Positions 18,379 through 27,900 of a stretch of DNA of 59,231 nt are shown here, one piece after another. The stretch spans positions 1-59,231 of IMG/VR virus record IMGVR_UViG_3300032212_000006; one strand, given 5' to 3'. The notes beneath the pieces were generated by a model. It was not told the origin of the DNA and made no database searches. It worked only from the letters and a program-made list of their open reading frames with translations. Within the stretch, counting starts at the first letter, position 1; each line of letters begins with the position of its first letter. A program made the position numbers and the translations under genes. This DNA comes from a virus (lineage: Duplodnaviria > Caudoviricetes).

Positions 18379-18878
18379 GACCGTCAGTACCAGTATGGTT
18401 GATGGGTATGGCTAAGCATGCTGCATTACGCAGTACGTGCTTACGCCGTAGCGTAGGTTGCGTATTAGTTAACGAACGCGATCAAATACTTTCGACTGGA
18501 TATAACGGTGTACCGTCAGGCTTTAAACACTGCAATGAAGGCGTATTAGAAGGTACTATGGATTGGGCAGGTGTATCTTATCCAAATAAATGCTCAGGTG
18601 CCGATGCGCCGTCAGGTGAAAAGTTAGATGCGTGTAACGCAGTTCATGCGGAACAAAATGCATTGTTACAGTGTCCGAATGTTTATGAAATAAAAACTGC
18701 GTATGTAACAGCTTCACCTTGCATGCATTGTATAAAGTTACTCTTAAACACGTCTTGCGAAGTGATTGTCTTCGACGAAGAGTACACACACTGCGAAGCA
18801 AAGACTATGTGGATTGACTCAGGTCGGACGTGGTTAAATATTAATGATCTTGATGAGAACGTAGATACCAATATGTGA
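18363..18878 (+). CDS. dCMP deaminase
   Basis: RSTC..RSVGC, GYNG, HAEQNA, SPCMHC; probable start ATG 18375. Confidence 0.93.
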   Translation: MVAIMRPSVPVWLMGMAKHAALRSTCLRRSVGCVLVNERDQILSTGYNGVPSGFKHCNEGVLEGTMDWAGVSYPNKCSGADAPSGEKLDACNAVHAEQNALLQCPNVYEIKTAYVTASPCMHCIKLLLNTSCEVIVFDEEYTHCEAKTMWIDSGRTWLNINDLDENVDTNM

Positions 18879-18885
18879 GGTTGAT

Positions 18886-19044
18886 GTGGGCCAGGATATT
18901 ACAGCTACTGATAATGATAGACGAATAGCATTAAGAGGTATAATGCTTCATATTAAGGCTACTAATATAGCAGATAAGTATGATAGTTTGGCTCACGCAT
19001 TACATGAGACTGGTATGTGGGACTACATATTCCATCAAGTATAG
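18886..19044 (+). CDS. small hypothetical protein (52 aa, not in ORF track)
   Basis: GAGG SD, GTG start, open to TAG. Confidence 0.45.
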   Translation: MGQDITATDNDRRIALRGIMLHIKATNIADKYDSLAHALHETGMWDYIFHQV

Positions 19045-19108
19045 GTATTGGCTTATTCATACGCTGATACTAGGCGATTAAATAATATAATGCAAAATAG
19101 AGGATGAT

Positions 19109-19336
19109 ATGGGTAGAGCAAAGCAAAACAAAGTATACGAATTTAGTGACGGTGATACCATAACTAGAGAAGAGCTTGAAGAGTTATGTGATAAGAAGAA
19201 TTTCAGTATGTCTACAGCTAGATCTCGTATAACTAAAGGAATTACTCGTGCAGACTTATTTAAGCCGCCTCAGAAGCCTAAAGGTAACTCTAATTGGAGT
19301 AAATGGACAGGTGACCCTAAATTAGCTCATAAGTGA
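19109..19336 (+). CDS. small basic, possibly DNA-binding protein
   Basis: GAGGA SD; TREEL...STARSRITKG resembles an HTH-like motif. Confidence 0.6.
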   Translation: MGRAKQNKVYEFSDGDTITREELEELCDKKNFSMSTARSRITKGITRADLFKPPQKPKGNSNWSKWTGDPKLAHK

Positions 19337-19405
19337 CTACCCGCTAAACACTGAATATTTTTATTAGTATAAACTACAAGAACATTTTACTAGGAGATAC
19401 ATTAT

Positions 19406-20050
19406 ATGTCTAATTACAGAGATTTACATATAGATATTGAAACTATGGGTACTGACGTTAATACGGCACCTATTTTATCTATTGGTGTAGTACCTTTTCA
19501 CGCTATAACAGGTGAAATATTCGAAGATGACGGCATTGAAATTCATTTAAGTCTAGAAGAGCAACTTAATGGTTCTAGAATCTTAAACGTCGATACACTC
19601 TTATGGTGGATGGATCAGTCAAATGAAGCTCGCAATAGAGTAACGTCAGGTCAGCGTGAAGAACGTGTCTCTGTTAAATACGGTTTAGGTTTACTTAATA
19701 ATTACTTATCGACTCATCCACATGAAAACTTATGGGCCAAAGACCCAGACTTTGACGTAAGCATGATTAAATCATTACATAGTGATTTTAAAGGTGCAAT
19801 AAACTTAGCTACAATAGGCGAACCTTTAAAATTTATAGACGACCCAGAATTAAATATTAACCCGTTTAAATGTAAGGCTGTACGTACCATAATTGATGCG
19901 GCTAGAAGTATTATTCCTACATACGGAGAATGGGACAAACGTAATAGCGGTGTTGAACACGGTGCATTAGCTGATGCTATTAATCAATCAAAGACTGTGA
20001 TTGAGTGTTACAACATCATTGGCGGCGCGTCTGACTGGGAGATAGAATAG
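19406..20050 (+). CDS. DEDDh 3'-5' exonuclease (Rv2179c/exonuclease VIII-like)
   Basis: IDIETMG, ILSIG, TLLWWMDQS, DPDFD, HGALADA. Confidence 0.85.
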   Translation: MSNYRDLHIDIETMGTDVNTAPILSIGVVPFHAITGEIFEDDGIEIHLSLEEQLNGSRILNVDTLLWWMDQSNEARNRVTSGQREERVSVKYGLGLLNNYLSTHPHENLWAKDPDFDVSMIKSLHSDFKGAINLATIGEPLKFIDDPELNINPFKCKAVRTIIDAARSIIPTYGEWDKRNSGVEHGALADAINQSKTVIECYNIIGGASDWEIE

Positions 20051-20607
20051 TGAAAGTAAATCGTAGATCATTTTTAAAAGGTTTAGTTGCTATAGGTATA
20101 GCGCCTAAAGCTGTAATGGCAGCTAAAGATTTAGAACCTGTTAAGCCTATAGAAGTTCCTAAATCTGAACCTAATCCTATAATTAAGGCTCAAGGTAAGC
20201 CTTACTCACTTGCTTCAAATATGCGTACATTACGTGCAGGTGACCCAGGCTCTATGGATTGCAAAGTTTATTTGGCTGACTATGATATGACACCTTTTGG
20301 AGTTATAGCTTATACGTGTGAGTATATGTCAGACATGTATTTAGATTTAGCTGGTAAACGTATACAATCACATACTCCTGATTCTGCTAGAGTCACATTA
20401 GAAATATATGTATCTGATGAATTAATGTACTTTTTACGTAAAAATGACTTAGAAAAATACATAGATTCGTTTGAAGCTGTACCATATGACGCGAATAGAG
20501 TATATTTAACTGGACCTGGTAAGTTAGTATATGACGCAGGGCCTACTGAGATAGTAGCAAATTTAAAACCTGAGCTGTCTGACGAGAGTCAAATTGACTT
20601 GTCGTAG
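20050..20607 (+). CDS. hypothetical protein with twin-arginine (Tat)-like signal
   Basis: NRRSFLK, hydrophobic stretch, AVMAA, then Pro-rich linker. Confidence 0.65.
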   Translation: MKVNRRSFLKGLVAIGIAPKAVMAAKDLEPVKPIEVPKSEPNPIIKAQGKPYSLASNMRTLRAGDPGSMDCKVYLADYDMTPFGVIAYTCEYMSDMYLDLAGKRIQSHTPDSARVTLEIYVSDELMYFLRKNDLEKYIDSFEAVPYDANRVYLTGPGKLVYDAGPTEIVANLKPELSDESQIDLS

Positions 20608-20715
20608 GTATATATACGGTAGCATGTTGAAGTAGCTAGAGATAATCTGGACTAACTTGGATATACACCTTTAATATAACTATAAGTTAAAAATAATTTA
20701 AAAAGTAGGCGTAAT

Positions 20716-21789
20716 ATGAGTAAATCATCTAAAGTCACATTATACAAGAACCATCTAAACAATATAGGAACGTGGTCTATTTGGTTTGAAGATAACGTAA
20801 TCCATATAGAGCATGCTCAAACTGAAGGTGGAGCACCTATACGACATACAGAAGAAGTACCTGAAGGTAAACAATCTCGTACGTTAAAACAGCAAGTGAT
20901 TCATAGGATAAAATCTAGAATCAATAAACAACTAGATCGAGGATACGTTAAAAATAGAGAGGACGCATTAGTACCTCCTACTAACTCTTTAAATCTGCAG
21001 CAACCTATGTTAGCTTTAGCGTATAAACGTGCTGGAGTAATTGATAACGAATCAGCATATTGGCAATTAAAACTAGACGGTCACAGATGCTTAGTTACAA
21101 AGGTAGACGGCGAAGTTTTAGCATATTCTCGTCAAGGTAAATATATAACTACCATAAGTCATATACTTGATGATTTAGAAAATATACCTGAAGGTATCGT
21201 ATTAGATGGTGAATTATACCATCATGGCACTAAGCTGCAGACTATTGGAAGTTGGGCTAAACGTTTACAACCAGATACAGTCAAATTAACATATCACGTT
21301 TATGATATAGTAAAAGGCGTACAATTTTCTGAACGACTAAAAATACTAGTCGATATATTCGATGATATAGATTCTTCTAGTGTCGTACTACATGACACAT
21401 ATAAAGTAGATGAAAACTTTCAAGCTCTTAATCAATTACTAATTGCTAGAGAGGCAGGTTACGAAGGTATTATGATTCGACATACTATACGTGGATATGA
21501 AACTGGTAGACGAAGCAGATCGTTAGTAAAGGTAAAGGCATTTGAAGATACTGAAGTAGAAGTAATAGGTGCACACCCAAGTAAAGAAGGTTGGGCGGTA
21601 CTTGAATGCAAAACACAAGATGGAAAATTTGTTGACGCATCGGCACCTGGTACCAAAGAAGAGAAATTCAAAGTTATGATAAGTATAGATAAATATATTG
21701 GTCGCTTTGTAACAATAGAGTTCGCAAATTATACGGATGACGGTATTCCATTTCAACCCGTAGCAACACGCTGGAGAGAAGACTTATGA
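20716..21789 (+). CDS. ATP-dependent DNA ligase with N-terminal WGR-like domain
   Basis: PMLA, KLDGHR, LDGELY, YD, EGIMIR, KVKAFED, P.....R. Confidence 0.92.
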   Translation: MSKSSKVTLYKNHLNNIGTWSIWFEDNVIHIEHAQTEGGAPIRHTEEVPEGKQSRTLKQQVIHRIKSRINKQLDRGYVKNREDALVPPTNSLNLQQPMLALAYKRAGVIDNESAYWQLKLDGHRCLVTKVDGEVLAYSRQGKYITTISHILDDLENIPEGIVLDGELYHHGTKLQTIGSWAKRLQPDTVKLTYHVYDIVKGVQFSERLKILVDIFDDIDSSSVVLHDTYKVDENFQALNQLLIAREAGYEGIMIRHTIRGYETGRRSRSLVKVKAFEDTEVEVIGAHPSKEGWAVLECKTQDGKFVDASAPGTKEEKFKVMISIDKYIGRFVTIEFANYTDDGIPFQPVATRWREDL

Positions 21790-22079
21790 GTAAAATGAGT
21801 AACAAACGAAAATATAAACGATTAGCAAATCCTGGACAGGAAAAGGCCGAAGGTAGTGCCAGACAGGAAAAGGCCGAAGGTAGTGCAAATCAAGGTTGGG
21901 AAGTAACCACTAATATAGAAGAGGCAATGGCCAAAGGTTATATTGGTGAGACATTCTTAATACCAAATAAGTTATCTCAAATGATTCATTTGATTTTAAC
22001 TAATAAGCAATTACCTATGGCTAGATTATATTATTGCGGCACTCCCGATGAGCGCCTAAATTATATGTTTAAGTTATAG
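21786..22079 (+). CDS. hypothetical protein with 9-aa tandem duplication
   Basis: ATGA overlap; QEKAEGSA twice; last gene of the + arm. Confidence 0.55.
   Translation: MSKMSNKRKYKRLANPGQEKAEGSARQEKAEGSANQGWEVTTNIEEAMAKGYIGETFLIPNKLSQMIHLILTNKQLPMARLYYCGTPDERLNYMFKL
21835..21886 (+). repeat. 27-bp tandem duplication
   Basis: GACAGGAAAAGGCCGAAGGTAGTGC twice. Confidence 0.9.
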
Positions 22080-22463
22080 CGTATCTTCTGCACTTACGAC
22101 ACAATCTTGTAGCTCGTAAGTGTAGGTGAATATATCTACTAAATCATCAAAATGATTTTTCCAATCTGAAAAAGAAACACACATTAAATCTCTAGATTCA
22201 TTTACTTCCCAACTAGAAGGCCTACGCAGTATAGGGCTAGTCGTTAACAGACACTTGGGCGTTTTGTTTATCTCTACGTTGGAAGCTACGGGTTTTTCCT
22301 TCAAACTCAGTAAACACGATGTCTGTATTAGTAGTAAACAACTGAACAACACGAGCTGGGTCGGTTTTCGCAAGCTTTTCAATAGCAGATAAATTAAACT
22401 TTTGCTTTGTTTTTCTTGCATCATCTTCATGCTCCAATCTCTTATTATATAATTCCACTTCAC
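22074..22463 (-). CDS. putative o-spanin (Rz1-like lipoprotein), overlapping Rz
   Basis: Alternative frame over the Rz 3' half; hydrophobic stretch ending IQTSC; true start uncertain. Confidence 0.55.
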   Translation of the reverse strand: MKWNYIIRDWSMKMMQEKQSKSLIYLLLKSLRKPTQLVLFSCLLLIQTSCLLSLKEKPVASNVEINKTPKCLLTTSPILRRPSSWEVNESRDLMCVSFSDWKNHFDDLVDIFTYTYELQDCVVSAEDTL

Positions 22464-22647
22464 GTTTATCTTTTTCAGCCATAGCTACGCCAAGTAATTC
22501 TATAGTTCCATTAGCGTCCTTTAATTCAGATTCTAATCTACCTTTTTCCATAATTTCAAGTACTACCCAACCACCAGCTCCAATTAAAGCAGTTACTATG
22601 CCTAACATGGCAGTCCATTTAACTATAGAACCTATACCTAACATCAT
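22237..22647 (-). CDS. putative i-spanin (Rz-like)
   Basis: N-terminal TM plus coiled coil; downstream of endolysin and holin candidates. Confidence 0.65.
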   Translation of the reverse strand: MMLGIGSIVKWTAMLGIVTALIGAGGWVVLEIMEKGRLESELKDANGTIELLGVAMAEKDKREVELYNKRLEHEDDARKTKQKFNLSAIEKLAKTDPARVVQLFTTNTDIVFTEFEGKTRSFQRRDKQNAQVSVND

Positions 22648-22904
22648 GAATCCTTAGGGTAATGAGCCGCACGCCATTCACGACCTAGCCAAATTGCTAA
22701 ATCTATACCTGTAGCCGTAGCATATTCTGTAATACTTATAACAGGTATTAACGGATCAATATACGATTTTATAAACGCAATAGTAATTATTACCCAAGTA
22801 ATTAATACTAGCTTAAACGTGGTAGATTCTCTAAATTTATTAACCATGTTATTTGGCCGGTTTAGCGTGGTTAGGATCAAATACGTGTTTTTGTGCGTGA
22901 TCAA
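22644..22904 (-). CDS. putative holin
   Basis: Two hydrophobic segments, charged C-terminus; likely start at MVNKF. Confidence 0.5.
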   Translation of the reverse strand: MITHKNTYLILTTLNRPNNMVNKFRESTTFKLVLITWVIITIAFIKSYIDPLIPVISITEYATATGIDLAIWLGREWRAAHYPKDS

Positions 22905-23241
22905 CTATGACTGTTCTACGTGATTGTTCTTTACCTTGAGCTGCTTGTTCAGTGGCAACTATAGTAACAGTTTCAGCTAATACTTGAATAGATTGAGATA
23001 ACGCTATAGTACTATCCTCTAATTTAGTAAGCCTAACAACTATAGCGGAATCTTGCAACTCTTTAAAATCATCAGCAAGGCCTTGAACTTTGGTATCTAA
23101 ACTACTTGCCCACCAAATAGCTAATCCTAATTCTGATACTAGTAATATAACTAACGCTACCATAATTTTGGTAACTATGGACTCAGACATTAGTATTTTG
23201 GCATTACCTTCAGATAATTCTTTTTCTAAATCGTGATTCAT
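22849..23241 (-). CDS. membrane coiled-coil protein (holin/antiholin-like)
   Basis: Single TM followed by coiled coil, in lysis cassette. Confidence 0.5.
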   Translation of the reverse strand: MNHDLEKELSEGNAKILMSESIVTKIMVALVILLVSELGLAIWWASSLDTKVQGLADDFKELQDSAIVVRLTKLEDSTIALSQSIQVLAETVTIVATEQAAQGKEQSRRTVIVDHAQKHVFDPNHAKPAK

Positions 23242-23248
23242 AGTGAGC

Positions 23249-23776
23249 CTATAAAGGTAGATTATTATCTAATACATATTTATTAAAGCTATTAATATAC
23301 TGATCTACTGTACCCGCACCCTTAATAGTGTTATAGTGCTGCTTCCAGTATTCTCCAAATTCTTTAACGTTAGCAGTAATACTAGGTAATGCTTCAGGTC
23401 TACGACGAAAATGTAATCTAGCAAATACAGTGGCTAATTCCATATCATATGTTAGTCGTTCAAAAGTAGTAACGTCACAATTGAAGGTCTCGCTGATCAT
23501 AGCTACTAAACTAGGATTATAGTCTAAATAATTTTCCCAAATATCTACGTATGTAGCTTCTTCCATTTGAAAAATACCACGAGCTATTCCATTACCTATC
23601 TGAGCTATATACGTACCCATCATGGACTCTTGTGCTGCCACACCTAATAGCAAAGTAATAGCAGAATCAGAGTTCATGTCTAATTTATTTAGAGTAGGTA
23701 TAATTACGTAATTACGCAATTGTTTTGATGACATCATGACGAACCAGATCCTATTATGGTTGCTGGAATAAACCAA
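23249..23776 (-). CDS. endolysin (lysozyme-like fold)
   Basis: AAQES..GTYIAQ.G.GIARGIFQME..TY.DIW and YWK.HYNT..GAG; likely start MSSKQL. Confidence 0.75.
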   Translation of the reverse strand: MVYSSNHNRIWFVMMSSKQLRNYVIIPTLNKLDMNSDSAITLLLGVAAQESMMGTYIAQIGNGIARGIFQMEEATYVDIWENYLDYNPSLVAMISETFNCDVTTFERLTYDMELATVFARLHFRRRPEALPSITANVKEFGEYWKQHYNTIKGAGTVDQYINSFNKYVLDNNLPL

Positions 23777-24084
23777 GAATGTTCTGTGTTACCGTCCGCT
23801 GCTGTAGAATCTTCAACTTGTACTTCTATAAATACTCGGCCTACGGGTACTGGATTAATTTCAGTCTTTGATAATAAAATTCGAATTTGACCACTAGCCC
23901 AAGCATTTCCATCAGCAACATTGCTAATGGTAGGCGGAGTAACAATATATTGAGTAGTCTTGTTAATATCTACAATAAAGACCTTTATAGTAGCCGAAGA
24001 ATCTATAGATATAGCTGACCCACCACGCTCTAATACCAGAGTTTGACCGAAGGAATTCGTTTTAACTATTAACAAAGAACTCAT
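23734..24084 (-). CDS. putative virion protein (beta-rich)
   Basis: Beta-strand pattern; follows fibre genes. Confidence 0.5.
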   Translation of the reverse strand: MSSLLIVKTNSFGQTLVLERGGSAISIDSSATIKVFIVDINKTTQYIVTPPTISNVADGNAWASGQIRILLSKTEINPVPVGRVFIEVQVEDSTAADGNTEHSWFIPATIIGSGSS

Positions 24085-24425
24085 GGTTGTAAGTCCTCCG
24101 TAGTCATTATTAAGTTTTTACCGTTAGCGTATACTCGTACACCATTAAGTTCAGCCACTAACCAAGTATCATTTTCATCGAATGGCGCTACAGCAGCATC
24201 ACAATGTCCACAATACATCTGGTTACCTATATAACGCCCATTACTAGTTTTAACCTCTATAGCCTCCAATTGAGATTTGCACGATGGACAATGAGTATGA
24301 GGATTATGCTTCCTTGCAACCTTCCTCTTAAACATTTTAGTAGGGCCATTTTTAAGCACAGTCAGAGTATATTTAGGCGTAATACCTGTAACTGATTGCA
24401 ACTCATCTTTTATTTCAACTTCCAC
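24081..24425 (-). CDS. zinc-ribbon hypothetical protein
   Basis: CPSC...CGHC. Confidence 0.55.
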   Translation of the reverse strand: MEVEIKDELQSVTGITPKYTLTVLKNGPTKMFKRKVARKHNPHTHCPSCKSQLEAIEVKTSNGRYIGNQMYCGHCDAAVAPFDENDTWLVAELNGVRVYANGKNLIMTTEDLQP

Positions 24426-24914
24426 TTAGATTTCGTCCCATGAGAAAGTCATAGTTTCTGGAGTTAAAGCACCTTGAGAAGCAGTGCTTTGTACTTCAAG
24501 TAATAAGACTAAGTAGCTACCTATATCAGCAGGAGTAGTATATGGCCCAGCGCCTAAAGATAATGGTGAACCACTGGTATACGAAAATGCATCTAAATAA
24601 CCTGTAGATGTAGTACCTTCAGCTGGAGTAGCATATGATACTTCAGCCTTAGCCCATAGGTTTACGCCGGTTCCAAAACCACTAGACCCATCAGTATAGA
24701 AGTTTAAGTTAGTAACCTGAGTAAACGTACCAGCCACATTTAATTGTAACCATTTTTCAAATGACCAATCAGATCCAGCACCAGGAACTACCATAGGATT
24801 ACTATTATTTACGGTAGCATCATCCGCATTCTTCATTCGAACGGTACCCGATGTCTTATCAGTAGCAGTTTCACCTACCCCATTCTTTTCATTGATTATC
24901 ATTGTAGCTGCCAT
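24426..24914 (-). CDS. putative virion structural protein
   Basis: Gly/Thr/Ser-rich; ends FSWDEI. Confidence 0.6.
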   Translation of the reverse strand: MAATMIINEKNGVGETATDKTSGTVRMKNADDATVNNSNPMVVPGAGSDWSFEKWLQLNVAGTFTQVTNLNFYTDGSSGFGTGVNLWAKAEVSYATPAEGTTSTGYLDAFSYTSGSPLSLGAGPYTTPADIGSYLVLLLEVQSTASQGALTPETMTFSWDEI

Positions 24915-24924
24915 AGCAAAATAC

Positions 24925-27900
24925 CTATATAGTTAGAAGGGACACCGTCCTGGATTCATCTGTAAGTGACTGAGTTCTAGTTTCATCACTTATTAGTTGA
25001 ACAGATAATACACCAGATAATATTTGTTGTATAATTATACCATCAAGGTTACCATATGTAAACGTTGACTTACTTATTAATGAATCTATACTAGACAGTA
25101 CAGAATGTGCGGTTATTATAACTGAATCTATATACGTATTTAATGATTGACTTAATTGTAGTACAGAGTCTACACTAGATATACTATACATAGATTTTTG
25201 TAATATAGAATTTAGTGATGTAGATGTATTAATATTCGCTACTATGATCGATTCTAATAAAGATGACAGGTTATTAGCTATCTGCAATACTCCATCTGTA
25301 CTAATAGTAGTAGATATTACATTCTGCAACACAGATTCAATAGATGTATTGATATTATTACCTGATAAAGTCAATATAGAATCTACTGTGGATGTTATGG
25401 TTTTAGATTGTTGAACCAGTGAATCTAGTGTTGATATTAATTGAGCTACGTCTTGAATAAGTGAAGATACATCTGTAAACACTACAGAACCACCTGATAA
25501 TATAGCATTGACAGACGTTGTTGTTAATAGCGATGCCTGCAACATAGAATCTAAAGATGCATTTGAAAACTCATTAGACTCGAGTATAGAATCTATAGCG
25601 GAATTAATAGTAAACGATGCGGATAATATAGAATCTAAATTAGATGATACTGAGGTATTACTTTGCAGCATGGAATCTACTGATATGTTATTTAGCAATG
25701 TATTCAATATTCGTGAATCTATACTAGATATTAAATTTAAACTATCACGCAACATGGCGTCTGTATTTGCAGATGTAGATATCAGTTTAGATAGCATACT
25801 ATCTACAGACGAAGTAGTACTAACACCTTGTAACATAAGTCTACTGTCTAAAGACGCAGACAAAACTAATTGACTTTGTACTATTGAATTTAAAGATAAA
25901 TTAATACTTCGTGATACAATAGGAAGAGCAGGAGGCGTATAATCAGTAACTTCTGTGGCAGAATACGCGTAGTTGTCAAACATGAAGTAAAACAACTCAA
26001 CATCACTATCTGTATTATTACTGTTACCTGCACCTAAAGACCACCATTCCGCAGGAGGAGCTGTCCATGTTTGTGTTTGTGTATCTCTGAGTGTGTCATC
26101 TACATAAAGTTTAACAGTACGATTTACGCCGCTACCTTCTATAGTAATAACCACTTTGTACTCTGTTGTTGCGCTTGGAAGTGTATATGTAACAGGTGCA
26201 GCACCGCTGATATTGAAACTCAATACACCACTTGCGTTTATATCTGCAAACCAAGACGAAGAACCGAGATGGCTATCAATGAGCGTGTTGTTGGCTTTGA
26301 ATGTTGTAGCCTTAATGCCAAGACATATCGTACATTCATCAGGAATCTTAGCAAATACATCAACATAGTATTGTTCGCTTAAGTGCAGACTGCCTGCAGT
26401 GCGTGTAGGCGCCGCTGGTTTTGTTGACGTATAGATTCGTTTTGCAGCAAAACTGTTGTATTTAAAACTGCCACTGACAATGTGTATATCTTCTACTTCC
26501 CCAGCAACAGGATCACACCAGCTTCCTATAACCGCACCTGCCATATCAAATTGGAATATGCGTTCTGCACCCAACGTGCCAGATTGATTTTTAGCAACAT
26601 GATACATCGTGTCACTGGAGGCTTCATGATATGCGCCATTGCAATGTATGCGAATGTCGAGGTCAATAACACCGCTGTATGTTTGAGCTGTTAAGTCGTA
26701 TCTCCAAACGTGTGAGCCGTAACTGTAACTTACCGCCAACGCCTCATCACCTGCAACATCAATTGCTACACCGGACATAGCAAACTTTTCTGCAGTACAA
26801 TCGATATAGTGGTCAAGTGGCAAACCCGCCAATGTGGTGTCATACGCAGCAATGGTCATATTCGACCACGATGCACCACTGTACCAACCCACATCTACAT
26901 ATAGTAAACCGGTAACTGCCGTACCACCACCGATTGCATTAGGGGTATTGGGAGAAGTTGGTAAACCGCTGTATGGCGTTGAGTTAGTCTCATGCGTCGT
27001 TGCCAAATCCAAACTTTTCTGCACAACAGAAGGCGTGGTCTGGCCGCCAATATAGGCGTAAGTGCCATCTTCTGAATACATCTGATACTCAGATTGCGCA
27101 GCAGAGGTATTTGTTACAGTCAGCACTTCACCCACTACAGCATTAAGCCGCGAATCGTAATTATTCTCGCAGACTGCACCACTGGATTCATTAAATGCCA
27201 ATTCGATTAATGGAGTGCTTGTGGTTTGGGTTGCATCATAATGAACGCCGATGTCTGTCGTTGCAGCGGCCGGTCTGGAGTTGCCGAATATATCCTCAGA
27301 TGGCACATCGGCATCAACAGATGAACCTACACCTGCACCCACAAGTGCTGATTGCCAAGCAAGACTAAATACGCCTTGGAATCTGTTGTGGTAATAGTCA
27401 GGGTCGTTGAAGTCTGAAACGGTAACTGGGTTAGTGCCTGTGCCTGCCGCAGTTGCACAGTTGGTAAATGTTACTGTGCCGGTTCCGCCTGATGTCACAT
27501 TGCAGTTGTACGCACCGTTCTTTGCAACAGTAGCAACGGAAGAGTTGTTCCATAACCCTCTATAGCAGTTATCCTGAATACAGTTGTACTGTCTGTGAGT
27601 TTTATTTGTCGAGCCATTGTAACTTGCAATATAGTCATTAGAGCCGCGTTTGATATCCAACTCAATCACGTTGAAGTCATCAAGATCGCCATTAGCCCAG
27701 TAAATGCCACGGATGTAATTACCGCCTGTTGCAGCACACTTCAACAGCATATTGCGTCGAATCATTTTGCCTGTGCCAGTCCAACTAATAGCTCTTCTGG
27801 AATTGGTAGTCGGAGCCCAGAGAATCTGGAAGTTTCGAAGCGTAATGTAATCTGTATCAATCGTCAGTGCAGTTGCGTTACCAACACTCAATTCTGATTT

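Noticed and set aside
14967-18878. Z-genome, 7-deazaguanine or thymidine hypermodification pathway
   Set aside because: No PurZ, FolE/QueC/D/E, DpdA or 5hmU DNA kinase recognised; the ThyA homolog has the dCMP-type Asp.
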